This document shows positions 29,134-39,654 of a DNA stretch of 64,000 nt, piece after piece. The notes under the pieces are model-generated. The model ran no database searches. It saw only the letters and a program-made list of their open reading frames with translations, and was not told the origin of the DNA. Within the stretch, counting starts at the first letter, position 1. Each line of letters starts with the position of its first letter. The stretch comes from Peptoniphilus harei (GTDB taxonomy: Bacteria > Bacillota > Clostridia > Tissierellales > Peptoniphilaceae). The stretch is from contig JAWGHR010000004.1 in the NCBI GenBank assembly GCA_032560695.1, forward strand, positions 67,490-131,489. Direction: 5' to 3'. The translations under genes and the position numbers were made by a program.

Positions 29134-29994
29134 TTAATCTTCTTCCAATATTCTTTTCCACTTGTCTAAACTTTCTAATTCTTCTTTTGAAAGTTCAGGA
29201 TACTTTGGATCCATTTCCTTTAACTTTTCCACAATAACTTCTGAGACAAGATATCTTGAGAACCACTTTTTATCTGCTGGCACAATATACCAAGGAGCAA
29301 TTTTTGTAGAAGTGTTTACGAGCATATCTTCATAGGCCTTCATATAATCGTCAAAAAATTTTCTCTCTGTTATGTCTGAAGATGCAAATTTCCAATTTTT
29401 TTCTGGTCTTTCGATTCTCTCCATAAGTCTTCCTTTTTGCTCATCTTTAGAAACATGAAGGAAAAATTTTACAACTTTTGTTCCGTTATTTGAAAGATAC
29501 TCTTCAAAATTATTTATTTCTTCAAATCTTTTTTCCCATATATCCTTAGTCACTAAGTTCTTTGGGAAGGGTTGGTTTAAGACTAAATTGTGAACTCTTG
29601 ATACAAGGACATCTTCATAGTGGCTTCTATTAAAAATTCCAATTTCTCCACGAGGAGGAAGCTCTTTTTCCACCCTCCAAAGATAATCGTGGTCCAAATC
29701 ATTTTCACTTGGCTTTTTAAAAGAAACAACTTTTGTTCCCTGTGGATTTACTCCCGTCATTATATTTTTTATTAGTGAGTCCTTGCCAGCAGCATCCATT
29801 GCTTGAAGCACAATTAAAAGCGACTGATTGTTTTCAGCATAAAGTTTTTCATGATACTTACGCATTTTTTCAATATTTGCAGGGATTAATACATCTTTTA
29901 CTTCTTCTTTTTCAAGTTTTCCCTTATAAGTAGTTGGAACCTCATATAAATTTAACTTTTTCTTTTCTTTAACTAGATATTTTTCAGTATTCAT
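29134..29994 (-). CDS. ppk2: Polyphosphate kinase 2 family protein (copy 2, class III-like)
   Basis: QAMDAAGKD, HDYLWR, FNRSHYEDV, KNWKF, APWYIVPAD. Confidence 0.92.
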   Translation of the reverse strand: MNTEKYLVKEKKKLNLYEVPTTYKGKLEKEEVKDVLIPANIEKMRKYHEKLYAENNQSLLIVLQAMDAAGKDSLIKNIMTGVNPQGTKVVSFKKPSENDLDHDYLWRVEKELPPRGEIGIFNRSHYEDVLVSRVHNLVLNQPFPKNLVTKDIWEKRFEEINNFEEYLSNNGTKVVKFFLHVSKDEQKGRLMERIERPEKNWKFASSDITERKFFDDYMKAYEDMLVNTSTKIAPWYIVPADKKWFSRYLVSEVIVEKLKEMDPKYPELSKEELESLDKWKRILEED

Positions 29995-30768
29995 TTAAAA
30001 TCTCCCGATTTCCTTAGAAAATTTAATAGACTCTTCGATCATTTGTGTTGTCACTTGGTGACTGGTCATTTCAAATAATTTAAAGTCTAAAAGCTTTTTA
30101 TCTTCATAAACTTTTTCAATTTCTTTTACAAAAGATTCTTGTCCACTTGGATCTATTACATCGTCGTCTTCTCCATTGTAAAGGGCAAGAGGTCTATCCT
30201 TAAAGGCTTCTGGACTATCCATTGGGTTCATGTCTAAGAAGAATTCGTTAATTCTAAACTCCCTCTCATCAATCTTGTCTTGATTCTTAAGTTCATTAAC
30301 TCCACGAACAAGTTCTTCCCAATTATTTATTCCATTGTAAATAAATGCCATCTTAAGATCTTTCTTAAAGGCATAAAGACCTCCAGCAGTTATAGCTCCC
30401 ATGGAATGACCACCCACTGCGACGTCACTTCCAGGATAATTTTCTTCAATGTAGTTAAGGATGGAAGGCGCTTCTTCGATGTTGTGCATGATTACCTTTA
30501 AAATATATTTACCTTCTACCTCCTTGTCACCGTGGTCAATGTTTTCTTCATTCCTCTCGCCATGATAACGAGCTTCGGGAAGAACAACCCTATAGCCATA
30601 GGAAGCAAAAATATTTCCCCTAAAAATTTGTCTTTCATTGTCTGATCCCCAGCCATGATAAAAGACTAGGGTCTTATTAGTCTCTTCTTTGGGCTCAATT
30701 ATTACTGCAGGAATCTTTCCTATCATAACTTCCTTTATATCTGAAAAATTTGATTTTAAATACTCCAT
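29995..30768 (-). CDS. Alpha/beta hydrolase (esterase)
   Basis: FYHGW, GHSMG nucleophile elbow, G.DD, C-terminal His. Confidence 0.85.
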   Translation of the reverse strand: MEYLKSNFSDIKEVMIGKIPAVIIEPKEETNKTLVFYHGWGSDNERQIFRGNIFASYGYRVVLPEARYHGERNEENIDHGDKEVEGKYILKVIMHNIEEAPSILNYIEENYPGSDVAVGGHSMGAITAGGLYAFKKDLKMAFIYNGINNWEELVRGVNELKNQDKIDEREFRINEFFLDMNPMDSPEAFKDRPLALYNGEDDDVIDPSGQESFVKEIEKVYEDKKLLDFKLFEMTSHQVTTQMIEESIKFSKEIGRF

Positions 30769-30879
30769 AATTCACCTCATCTACATTATATCAAAGATAT
30801 ATAAAATTTCTTGTTGAGTAAATTTAATTCCAATAAAAAAAGCAAAGAAATAAATTTTCCTTGCTTAATCTTTGTAATT

Positions 30880-31551
30880 TTATTTAACTTCCCAAGTTGG
30901 TGGTGTAACACCATTATTTTTTAAAAATTCGTTGGTTCTTGAGAAGGGTCTTGATCCAAAAAATCCTCTTGATGCAGAAAGTGGCGACGGATGAACTCCT
31001 TCTATTATTAAGTGGTTGCCAGGCTTTATAAACTTCTTACGAGCCTTGGCGTGGTTGCCCCAAAGAATAAAAACTACTGGGTCTTCCTTCTCACTAATTT
31101 TTTCTATAACTGCATTGGTAAAAATCTCCCATCCAATCCTTGAGTGACTCATAGGTTGATGGGCCCTAACTGTTAGTGTCGTGTTGAGGAGCATTATCCC
31201 CTGGTCTGCCCAAGCTTTTAAGTAACCTGTTCTTGGAATTTCAAGTCCCAGGTCAGAGTTAAGTTCCTTATAAATATTTCTAAGTGAAGGTGGTATTGCC
31301 ACACCTTCTTTGACAGAGAAGGCAAGTCCATGAGCCTGACCCACATTGTGGTAGGGGTCTTGTCCCAGGATCAAAACCTTTAAGTCCTTATAGGCCGTGT
31401 AGTGAAAGGCATTAAAAATATCTTGAGCCTTTGGAAAAATTTCATAATGTTTGTATTCCTCGATTAAAAGTTTTCTAAGGTCCTTGTAGTAGTCCTTTTC
31501 AAACTCCTCTTTCAAAATTTCCTGCCAATCATTTTTAAAAATTTCTTTCAC
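30880..31551 (-). CDS. ung: Uracil-DNA glycosylase
   Basis: ILGQDPYH, PPSL.NI, HPSPLSA.RGF. Confidence 0.96.
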   Translation of the reverse strand: MKEIFKNDWQEILKEEFEKDYYKDLRKLLIEEYKHYEIFPKAQDIFNAFHYTAYKDLKVLILGQDPYHNVGQAHGLAFSVKEGVAIPPSLRNIYKELNSDLGLEIPRTGYLKAWADQGIMLLNTTLTVRAHQPMSHSRIGWEIFTNAVIEKISEKEDPVVFILWGNHAKARKKFIKPGNHLIIEGVHPSPLSASRGFFGSRPFSRTNEFLKNNGVTPPTWEVK

Positions 31552-31553
31552 AC

Positions 31554-32921
31554 TTACCTCCTGAAAAAGTCAAATATACTCTTCTTTAGGCTTGGGTCGA
31601 TTAACTCTTCCAGTTCCTTCCTACTTTCATTAGTTGAAAAGATTACAAGCCTGTCGCCCTTTTCAATTTTTGTATTTCCCCTAGGAATAACTGCAGAGTT
31701 GTCATACCTAATTATTCCACCAATAATAATTTCTTTGTGGAGATTAATTTCTGAAAGCTTCTTGCCAATGTAGACAAAGTCATCTGGAATTTTTATTTCA
31801 TAAACTTGGGCCTTGCCACCAAACATGTAGTTGACAGAAACCTTCATGTCTGTATTAATTGCCTTTATGATTTCATTGGCAACAATAACCTTGGGGTCAA
31901 TAACCCTGTATATTCCTAGGCTCTCTAAGATTGTGTCATAGTTGTTATCCTTTTGAATTACAATATTTTTTGAAATCCCATGGCTCCTTGCAAGAAGTCC
32001 AAGGACAATGTTAAGCTCATCAGACTCTGTCATGGAAATAAATACCCCATCCTTAGAAATATCTTCTTCCTTAAAGATCTTGTCGTTTCTCAGTTTTTTA
32101 TTAACTACAAAGGCCCTGTTAATATTTCGCCTGTAATTTTCAAATTTTTCCCTATTTGGTTCAATTATTTTTAAATCTATATTTTCAAGGTTTGATATGA
32201 TCCTGTTGAAGTTGTAGTCTCCCGATGCAATTACAACTTCTCTTTTGTCATCTTTTTCCTTAATTTCAAAGTGAGAGTGTTTAAAGTTTCTTATGTCAAA
32301 GGAAAGTCCCATTAGGTAGATGTAGTCACCGGACTTTAGTACAGTTTCTCCATCAGGAACGATTAGTTCCCCTTCTCTTAGGACTCCAACAACAAGTATT
32401 GTGGAAAGAGATCCAATGTCCTTGATCTTTTGGTTTTCAAATTCATCGTCCATGTCAATGTAGTGACCTGTAACTTCTATCTTTCCCTTGCCAAAGTAGT
32501 CGGCCTCATAATATTCTGTAGACCCAATTAACTTTGTAACAAGTTTTGCTGTCTCAAGGCTTAGGTTAAAGACATTTACAACATTGGGTAAGGAGTTTTT
32601 TATAATTCCTATTTCAGAAATATTTTCCATTTCATCTAGACGAAGAATAATTTTTACATCTAGCCCCTTGAAGATCGATGCCATTATTAGGTTGGTCTTG
32701 TCGCTATCTGTGGCAATTATGGCATAGTCGTACATGCTCAGGTCATTATTTATGACAAATTCCTCTTCCAAAACATCTGCCTTTATTTTATTTACGCTAT
32801 TTGTTATATCTTCAAAATTCTTTTCGTCCCTGTCCACTAGGTCAACTTCATACTTTTCAAGACTCAAGGCCTTGGCAATAGTTGAACCAACCTTTCCCGA
32901 ACCTATAATTAAAATTTTCAT
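31554..32921 (-). CDS. trkA: TrkA-like RCK regulatory protein (divergent paralogue)
   Basis: IIGSGKVG, two RCK_N/RCK_C units; the second nucleotide-binding motif is degenerate. Confidence 0.8.
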   Translation of the reverse strand: MKILIIGSGKVGSTIAKALSLEKYEVDLVDRDEKNFEDITNSVNKIKADVLEEEFVINNDLSMYDYAIIATDSDKTNLIMASIFKGLDVKIILRLDEMENISEIGIIKNSLPNVVNVFNLSLETAKLVTKLIGSTEYYEADYFGKGKIEVTGHYIDMDDEFENQKIKDIGSLSTILVVGVLREGELIVPDGETVLKSGDYIYLMGLSFDIRNFKHSHFEIKEKDDKREVVIASGDYNFNRIISNLENIDLKIIEPNREKFENYRRNINRAFVVNKKLRNDKIFKEEDISKDGVFISMTESDELNIVLGLLARSHGISKNIVIQKDNNYDTILESLGIYRVIDPKVIVANEIIKAINTDMKVSVNYMFGGKAQVYEIKIPDDFVYIGKKLSEINLHKEIIIGGIIRYDNSAVIPRGNTKIEKGDRLVIFSTNESRKELEELIDPSLKKSIFDFFRR

Positions 32922-34375
32922 TATAATTTAATAATTTCCTTTCTATGTCTTCCACTAGTAAAGAGTGCCATTATTGTAAAGAATTCAAGTCTACCTAAGA
33001 GCATAAGCAGGCTAAAGTAGAGTTTGAAAAAGTCACTATAAAAATAGAAGTTTTTCGTAGGACCAATGTCTCCAAATCCTGGTCCAACGTTAGATAAGGT
33101 TGTAGCCACTGAAGAAAATCCTGTTATAACATCTACTCCTGATAGAGTTACAAGACCTGTAGATAGGACTGCTATTACAAAGTAGGTTCCAAGATAGGCG
33201 TTTATACTTAGGACTACTTCATCAGATAAGGACTTCCCATCTGCAATTACTGGAAGAACTGCCTTGGGGTGAGTTGCCTTTTTCATTTCTCTTTTTATTA
33301 GCTTTAAGAGAATTGAGATTCTTACTATTTTAATTCCACCACCAGTGGATCCTGCACAACCGCCAAAAATCATTAGAATTAACAAGATAAATTTTGAAAA
33401 ACTTGGCCAGAGTTCATAATCTGCATTGGCAAAACCTGATGTGGATGAAATAGATGTTACCTGGAAGGCAGAATCTCTAAAAGCCATAAAAAGTGATGGA
33501 TAACCCTTTGAGAAGAGGTCTATGGTAATTAAGACAATGGCCGTGAAAATTATACATATCCAAAGTTTTAATTCATCATTTTGCAAAACTTCCTTAAATT
33601 TCTTTTTAGAAAGCAGGGCATAGATGGCAAAGTTTGTAGAACTCAAGAACATAAAAATTGCCAGGATAAAGTGGACTGCGTTGCCTTCATAGGACATAAA
33701 GGAGTCATTGTAGGATGAAAATCCACCAGTCCCTAGGACACCAAAGGTGTGAACTAGGGAATCAAAGACTGGCATGCCGGCAAGCTTTAAACAAATGAAT
33801 AATATCAAAGTCAAAATAAGATAAATTATGTAGAGTCTCTTAGATGATTGAGAAATTCTAGACTCTATCTTTCCAGCAACTGGTCCTGGTGACTCAGCCT
33901 TAAAGATTTGAAAAGCTCCAACCCCAAGCTTGGGAAGAAGACCCACAGTAAATACCAAGATCCCCATACCACCAATCCAGTGGGTAACGGACCTCCAAAG
34001 TACAACAGACCTTGGAAAGGACTCTATTCCAGAGATAACTGAAGCTCCAGTAGTTGTAAAACCAGATACAATTTCAAAGAAGGAATCAACATAAGTCATT
34101 CCTGCAGATATCCAAAGTGGAAGTGCTCCAATAATGGAAACCAAGACCCAGGATGCCGTAACTGTTAAAATTCCATCTCTTGGAGACAGAGAATTTTTCT
34201 TTATTTTTAAGTTAATCAAAATTAATCCCAAAAAGACTGCTATAGCCATTGGGATTAAAAAGCCATAGGACGACCCATCTCTTTCAACTAAACTTAAGAT
34301 AAGAGATGGCGCCATAAAGGCAGTTTCTATTAATAAAATATAGCCTAATATTTTAGAAATAAGCTTATAGTTCAT
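32921..34375 (-). CDS. trkH: TrkH potassium uptake membrane protein
   Basis: SGFTTTGAS, WIGGMG, GGCAGSTGGG, SNVGPG, LGRLE. Confidence 0.95.
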   Translation of the reverse strand: MNYKLISKILGYILLIETAFMAPSLILSLVERDGSSYGFLIPMAIAVFLGLILINLKIKKNSLSPRDGILTVTASWVLVSIIGALPLWISAGMTYVDSFFEIVSGFTTTGASVISGIESFPRSVVLWRSVTHWIGGMGILVFTVGLLPKLGVGAFQIFKAESPGPVAGKIESRISQSSKRLYIIYLILTLILFICLKLAGMPVFDSLVHTFGVLGTGGFSSYNDSFMSYEGNAVHFILAIFMFLSSTNFAIYALLSKKKFKEVLQNDELKLWICIIFTAIVLITIDLFSKGYPSLFMAFRDSAFQVTSISSTSGFANADYELWPSFSKFILLILMIFGGCAGSTGGGIKIVRISILLKLIKREMKKATHPKAVLPVIADGKSLSDEVVLSINAYLGTYFVIAVLSTGLVTLSGVDVITGFSSVATTLSNVGPGFGDIGPTKNFYFYSDFFKLYFSLLMLLGRLEFFTIMALFTSGRHRKEIIKL

Positions 34376-35765
34376 CTTTCTTTCCTCTCTTCTTGATTGA
34401 CTTAATTGCGTCTTTTAATTTTCCCTCAGAAGAAAAAATCTTTTGAACTCTTGGAGCAACTTCGTGCATAGAGAATAATATTATCCTATCTCCAGCCTCA
34501 AGGATTGTCTTACCATTAGGGACTAACATGTTTTGTCCTCTTATGATAGAGATTATTAGAGTTCCTTCAGGTAGACTGAGGTCCTCTAGGGTATTACCAC
34601 AAACAAGGTGACTTGCCCTAATCATTAGCTCAACACATTCAACTTGACCATTTAAAAGTAAGTGAAGGGCAAGGGAGCTCTTTCCTCTGATTTCCTTTAG
34701 CATTTCTGCAGCTGTAATATAGGATGTGTTAAAGACAGCGTCTATGTCAAGCTTGTCTAGTACCTTGTCGTAGTTTGTCCTGGAGATTTTAGCAACAGAC
34801 TTATAGATTCCACTTTGCTTTGCCACAAGACTCATGAGGAGGTTGGCCTCGTCGATTCCTGTTGCTGCAACAAAGGAGTCATAAGTATGAACCATTTCTT
34901 CTTCAAGTACTGCAATGTCAGTTCCATCTCCATTTATAATGTTGGCTCCTGGAACCATGTCCTTTAGTTCAAGACATCTTTCCTTATTTATTTCAACAAT
35001 AGTAACTTCAACATTTTCCTTTAAAAGTAGCATGGCAAGGTAAAGACCTGTCTTTCCTCCACCAAGAATCATGGTGCTCCTAAGGGCTCTTGTCCTATTT
35101 ACACCTGTGTGGTCCTTGTCAAAGGCTTCGATTTTTTCAGACTTGCCTGCAAGGATTATGACGTCATTCTCTTCAAGAACAGTACGACCATTTGGTATAA
35201 TTGCATCGCCACTTCTTGAGATAGCAGCAATAAGAAGGTCATTAATGCTATCAATCTCCATGATTTTTTTGTTGACAAAGCTTGTGTCATTTCCAATATT
35301 AAACTCAACAAGAGATACTTTCCCACCAGCAAACTCATCGGAGTAAAGTTGGTATCTCTTCATTAAGTACTTGAAAATTGATCTTGCAGTTGCACTATCA
35401 GGGTTAATAATCTTATCTATTTCAAGTTCTTCTGATATGAAGTCAAGGTGCTTTCTATACTCAGGGTCCCTTACCCTTGCAATGGCATACTTGGCTCCAA
35501 GCTTTTTGGAAATCGTACAAAGAATAACATTGGCCTCGTCATTTGTTGTAGTTGCAACAACATAGTCATAGTTAGAAATATCTAGTTCTTCTAATACACC
35601 AAAGTCCAAAGCATTTGCACAAATACTAAAAACATCTAATGAATTTGATATGTTTTCAATTACATCTTCATTGTTGTCAACTACGGTAACCTCATAGTCC
35701 TCATCTAGTAATGAAGCCGCAAGTCTATATCCTAATTTTCCGGCACCTACAACTAAAGCCTTCAT
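34365..35765 (-). CDS. trkA: TrkA potassium uptake regulatory subunit
   Basis: VGAGKLG and LGGGKTG RCK_N motifs. Confidence 0.92.
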   Translation of the reverse strand: MKALVVGAGKLGYRLAASLLDEDYEVTVVDNNEDVIENISNSLDVFSICANALDFGVLEELDISNYDYVVATTTNDEANVILCTISKKLGAKYAIARVRDPEYRKHLDFISEELEIDKIINPDSATARSIFKYLMKRYQLYSDEFAGGKVSLVEFNIGNDTSFVNKKIMEIDSINDLLIAAISRSGDAIIPNGRTVLEENDVIILAGKSEKIEAFDKDHTGVNRTRALRSTMILGGGKTGLYLAMLLLKENVEVTIVEINKERCLELKDMVPGANIINGDGTDIAVLEEEMVHTYDSFVAATGIDEANLLMSLVAKQSGIYKSVAKISRTNYDKVLDKLDIDAVFNTSYITAAEMLKEIRGKSSLALHLLLNGQVECVELMIRASHLVCGNTLEDLSLPEGTLIISIIRGQNMLVPNGKTILEAGDRIILFSMHEVAPRVQKIFSSEGKLKDAIKSIKKRGKKDEL

Positions 35766-35774
35766 ATATTCCTC

Positions 35775-36923
35775 CTAAAAAATCGCATCTAGTTTAATTT
35801 GGAATTCGTAATCTGGATAGATGGATTTTAATTTATCTTTTATCTCCTTTTTAAGAGCATCTTTTTCTTCTCTCGTCTTTACAGAATCGGCATTGTAATC
35901 AATGTCAATATAAATTTTCTTGTCCTCAAGGACTATGTCATGGAAGGAGTAAATGTTAAGCGACTCCCTTACAATTTTTTTAAGATCTTGGGAAACATCA
36001 TTAATAATCTTGTTGCTACTGCCCTTGGGATCAGCATGAATTATTAACTTTATACCAAGGAGGTCAGAGATTTCCCTCTCGACCTTGTCCACAATATTGT
36101 GGGCCTCTTCTAAGGTCAAATTATAATCAAGAGCTGCATCAATTATGACAATCATGTTGTCTGGACCGAAGTCTGTCACCATCATGTTGTGAACATTGGA
36201 TATGCCCTCGTAATTGGAAACCTTGGACTTTATCTCGTGCTTAGTCTCATCGCTAAGTCCACGACCAAGTATAATTGAAATCGTCTCGTATATAAGTGAT
36301 ATAGCTGTGTACAAAATAAATAAAGCAACTATTAAACCAACATAGCCATCTAAAATCTTGCCTGTGAATTTTTCTATGATGATAGAAATAATTACAACAG
36401 AAGTTATAAGAGTATCACTTAGTGAATCCTTCTCTTGAGCCCTTAGGGTTACAGAGTCAATCTTTCTTGCAACCTTGGAATAAAGAGAAGCCTGCCAAAA
36501 TTTTATTGCCACAGTTATAATCAAAATCACAAGAGTGGACTTTGGGTAGGTAATGGCGACTGGATGAAGGATCTTTCCAACAGAAGTTTTCAAAAATTGA
36601 AAACCAACGGAAAGTACGATACCAGAAACTACAAGAGAAATCAAATATTCAAGCCTACCATGACCATAAGGGTGATCCTTGTCCCTTGGTTTGGCAGCAA
36701 GCCTTATTCCCAAAATAGAAATAATAGAGCTGACACAGTCTGTGATGTTGTTAACTGCATCAGATAAAATTGAAATTGAGCCAGTAAAAATATATAGAAT
36801 AACCTTTAAAACGGCTACAAGTATATTTGATATAAGTCCGAGAAGGGATGTCTCCTTAGAGATCTTTGCTCTGTCATAACCATAGGCTGACTCTCCCCTC
36901 TTTAAAATAAGTTTTGCGAACAT
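35775..36923 (-). CDS. Cation diffusion facilitator family transporter
   Basis: SDAVNN.TD, HPYGHGRLEY, DSLSD, IHADP. Confidence 0.9.
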   Translation of the reverse strand: MFAKLILKRGESAYGYDRAKISKETSLLGLISNILVAVLKVILYIFTGSISILSDAVNNITDCVSSIISILGIRLAAKPRDKDHPYGHGRLEYLISLVVSGIVLSVGFQFLKTSVGKILHPVAITYPKSTLVILIITVAIKFWQASLYSKVARKIDSVTLRAQEKDSLSDTLITSVVIISIIIEKFTGKILDGYVGLIVALFILYTAISLIYETISIILGRGLSDETKHEIKSKVSNYEGISNVHNMMVTDFGPDNMIVIIDAALDYNLTLEEAHNIVDKVEREISDLLGIKLIIHADPKGSSNKIINDVSQDLKKIVRESLNIYSFHDIVLEDKKIYIDIDYNADSVKTREEKDALKKEIKDKLKSIYPDYEFQIKLDAIF

Positions 36924-37124
36924 TTATCCTCCATAATTTATAATAATAAAAATAGGCCAAAAGCCCACTTACTTAGATTTCTTTAGTTACAATAATTATA
37001 ACACTAGTGAATTCCTAATAAAAGGAAAAGAACTTAGCTATATTCTGGAGAAAATATTAAAAATTTAAAAATAAAAATGCACCAGTTTTGTCTGGCACAT
37101 TTTCTAATCTTAATTTAAATTATT

Positions 37125-37691
37125 TTAAATAAATTGTTTAAGTTTTGGAAGAAGTAGACCTTCTGCAACTTCATCTGCCTTTTCTTTTGAAACTAAAATT
37201 TCAACTAGCTTAATTCCAAGTAGGATTGCAAGGGCAGGTCCCATAGCTGTAATTATATTTTCTTCAACAACCACTGCTTCGTCTTGTGAGTCCTTAACCT
37301 TTAATCTATTTTCAACTCCTGGGTAGCAAGTGAACTTTCCATCTTTTAAAAGTCCTGCTGCATCAAGAACTTGTGGCCCTGCACAAATTGCTATTACTTT
37401 TTTCTCTTCGTCATTAAAGACATTGGCACACTCAAGAACTTTTTTGTCATTCATGAGATTTGTAGCACCAGGTTGACCTCCTGGTATGTACATTGCCCTG
37501 TAGTCTTCGATGTTAATTTCATCAAAAGTCTTGTCAGCAAGAACTGTAACACCGTGAGCTCCCTTTACTTCAAGTCTGTCCTTAACTGAAACTGTGTCAA
37601 CCTTTAAATCAGCCCTCCTAAGAACATCGATAATTGTAAGAGCTTCAATTTCTTCAAAACCTTCTGCCAAAAATACCAATAAATCTTTCAT
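37125..37691 (-). CDS. DJ-1/YajL (ThiJ/PfpI) family glyoxalase
   Basis: GFEEIEA, IPGG, AICAGP. Confidence 0.9.
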   Translation of the reverse strand: MKDLLVFLAEGFEEIEALTIIDVLRRADLKVDTVSVKDRLEVKGAHGVTVLADKTFDEINIEDYRAMYIPGGQPGATNLMNDKKVLECANVFNDEEKKVIAICAGPQVLDAAGLLKDGKFTCYPGVENRLKVKDSQDEAVVVEENIITAMGPALAILLGIKLVEILVSKEKADEVAEGLLLPKLKQFI

Positions 37692-37700
37692 AATGACCTC

Positions 37701-38468
37701 CTATTTGTTCATTATAGAATCCACTGCATTTATAATTGCAGACCTAAATCCATCCTTTTCTAAAGATTTTACTCCCTTAATAGTTGTACCAGCAGGTGTT
37801 GTAACTTGATCCTTTAACTCACCTGGATGAATGCCAGACTCCCTCACCATTTTTGCTGATCCTGCAACTGCTTGAGATATAACCCTGTAAGCCATGTCCC
37901 TTTGCATGCCGTAAGAAACTGCTGCATCTGCTGCTGCTTCAATGTACATGTAGACATAGGCAGGCATGCAACCTGAAACTGCCTCATAAATTTTTATATT
38001 TTTCTCTTCCACAATTTCAGTTTCTCCAAAGTTGGATAAAATTTTTCTTATTTCACTAACTTCTTCATCTGAAATATTTTTTCCTGGGCAAATTCCCGTC
38101 ATTGAATTTAAAATTTTTGCCGGTGTATTTGGAAGAGCCATCATAAGCTTTTTATTTGGAAGACATTCTTCAAGCTTTTTAAGGTCAAAAGCTGAAGTAA
38201 TAGATATAATTATTTGATCTTTTACTTCATCTTTTATTGTTTCGAGTACATCTTCATAGACGTAGGGTTTAACTGCAAGTATGATTGCGTCTGCACCTTT
38301 AACTACATCTACTTCTGACTGGGCTAGTCTTGCTGCTTCATTTCCCTTAAAGGCATCTCTCTTTTCTTCGCTCCTGTCGTAAAGAAAAGTTTCTATCTTA
38401 TTATCTAAAAGACCATGCGCCATGGCAGCACCCATGTTACCAAGGCCTATAATTCCCATTTTCATCAC
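37701..38468 (-). CDS. proC: Pyrroline-5-carboxylate reductase
   Basis: GLGNMG, LAVKP, PNTP, HPGELKDQVTTPAGTTI. Confidence 0.93.
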   Translation of the reverse strand: MMKMGIIGLGNMGAAMAHGLLDNKIETFLYDRSEEKRDAFKGNEAARLAQSEVDVVKGADAIILAVKPYVYEDVLETIKDEVKDQIIISITSAFDLKKLEECLPNKKLMMALPNTPAKILNSMTGICPGKNISDEEVSEIRKILSNFGETEIVEEKNIKIYEAVSGCMPAYVYMYIEAAADAAVSYGMQRDMAYRVISQAVAGSAKMVRESGIHPGELKDQVTTPAGTTIKGVKSLEKDGFRSAIINAVDSIMNK

Positions 38469-38543
38469 ATCACTCCTTAAGTAGATTATACACGATATTA
38501 CTTAAAAATTCATTTTTGTGCTATAATTTAAGTCGGTGATTTA

Positions 38544-39104
38544 ATGAAAAAAATTTCTATTGCAAAGTTATTCTTAACTTTTTTTAAAATAAACGCCATA
38601 ACCTTTGGGGGAGGCTATACAATTGTCCCTGTTATAAAGGACATCTTCGTATCAGACCTTGAGCTCATTGACGAGGACCAGATGATGGATATAGTTGCCA
38701 TCTCCCAAGGTGGACCTGGAGCCATGGCAATCTCTTGCTCAGTTCTGACAGGTTACTACTTGAGAGGGCCTCTTGGAGCAATAACTTGTCTTGTTGCATC
38801 AGCTCTTCCCTGTCTTATAATTTTGTCAGTGATTTCAAATTTCTACCAAAAATTTAAGTCAAACTTTTTTATAAATGCAGCCCTAGAAGGGATCAGTGGA
38901 GTGATCTCTGCAGTCTTATTTATAACAGTGGCCCGCATGGGGATTTCTTCTTACAAGAACAATCCACGTTTTAGCGCAGTTATGATTGTCCTCGTGTTCT
39001 TAGTTGCCTTTTTTACAAATATCAACACAGGATTCATAATTTTATTCTGTGCTTTGGCAGGAATTTCTTATTTTAGCGTAATGGAGAGATACAAGAATGC
39101 TTGA
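38544..39104 (+). CDS. Short-chain chromate transporter subunit
   Basis: FFKINAITFGGG, SQGGPG. Confidence 0.88.
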   Translation: MKKISIAKLFLTFFKINAITFGGGYTIVPVIKDIFVSDLELIDEDQMMDIVAISQGGPGAMAISCSVLTGYYLRGPLGAITCLVASALPCLIILSVISNFYQKFKSNFFINAALEGISGVISAVLFITVARMGISSYKNNPRFSAVMIVLVFLVAFFTNINTGFIILFCALAGISYFSVMERYKNA

Positions 39105-39654
39105 TTTATTTTTAATTTTCTTTAAAATCGGATGTTTCGCCTTTGGTGGCGGCTACGCAGTAATACCCTTGATTTCAAAATACGTTGTTGAAGAACACGC
39201 CTGGATCTCTACAAGAGAATTTATAGATTTGATTTCCATTTCACAAATGACTCCAGGGCCCATTGCCATTAACTCAGCAACCTTTGTTGGGCAAAATGTC
39301 TATGGAATCTTAGGCTCCATACTTGCAACAACAGGACTAGTCCTTCCCCAGTTCATCCTAATGATGATACTTGGCTACTTCCTCTTTAGCAAGGGCAAAA
39401 AATTTAAAATCATGGACTACTCCCTCCTTGGAATCAAGGCAGGAGTTGTGTCCCTTATCTTTATAACAACCTTAAAACTCTTCCAATCATCAGTCTTCCC
39501 TGAAGGACTTAAGCTTCAAGGCATTAGCCTGGCAGCCCTTATCTCCTTCGTCATTGGATTTGTCCTCTACATGAAGAAGGTAAACCTCTTTAAGCTAATA
39601 GGACTCGGCGCAGTGATTGGAATTGGTGTCAAATACGCTTTGACTCTTATGTAA
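39097..39654 (+). CDS. Short-chain chromate transporter subunit
   Basis: FFKIG.FAFGGGY, SQMTPGPIAINSATFVG. Confidence 0.9.
   Translation: MLDLFLIFFKIGCFAFGGGYAVIPLISKYVVEEHAWISTREFIDLISISQMTPGPIAINSATFVGQNVYGILGSILATTGLVLPQFILMMILGYFLFSKGKKFKIMDYSLLGIKAGVVSLIFITTLKLFQSSVFPEGLKLQGISLAALISFVIGFVLYMKKVNLFKLIGLGAVIGIGVKYALTLM

Noticed and set aside
38544..39654. Split chromate transporter as a frameshifted pseudogene
   Set aside because: Paired short-chain CHR genes are the normal heterodimeric arrangement, and both have RBSs
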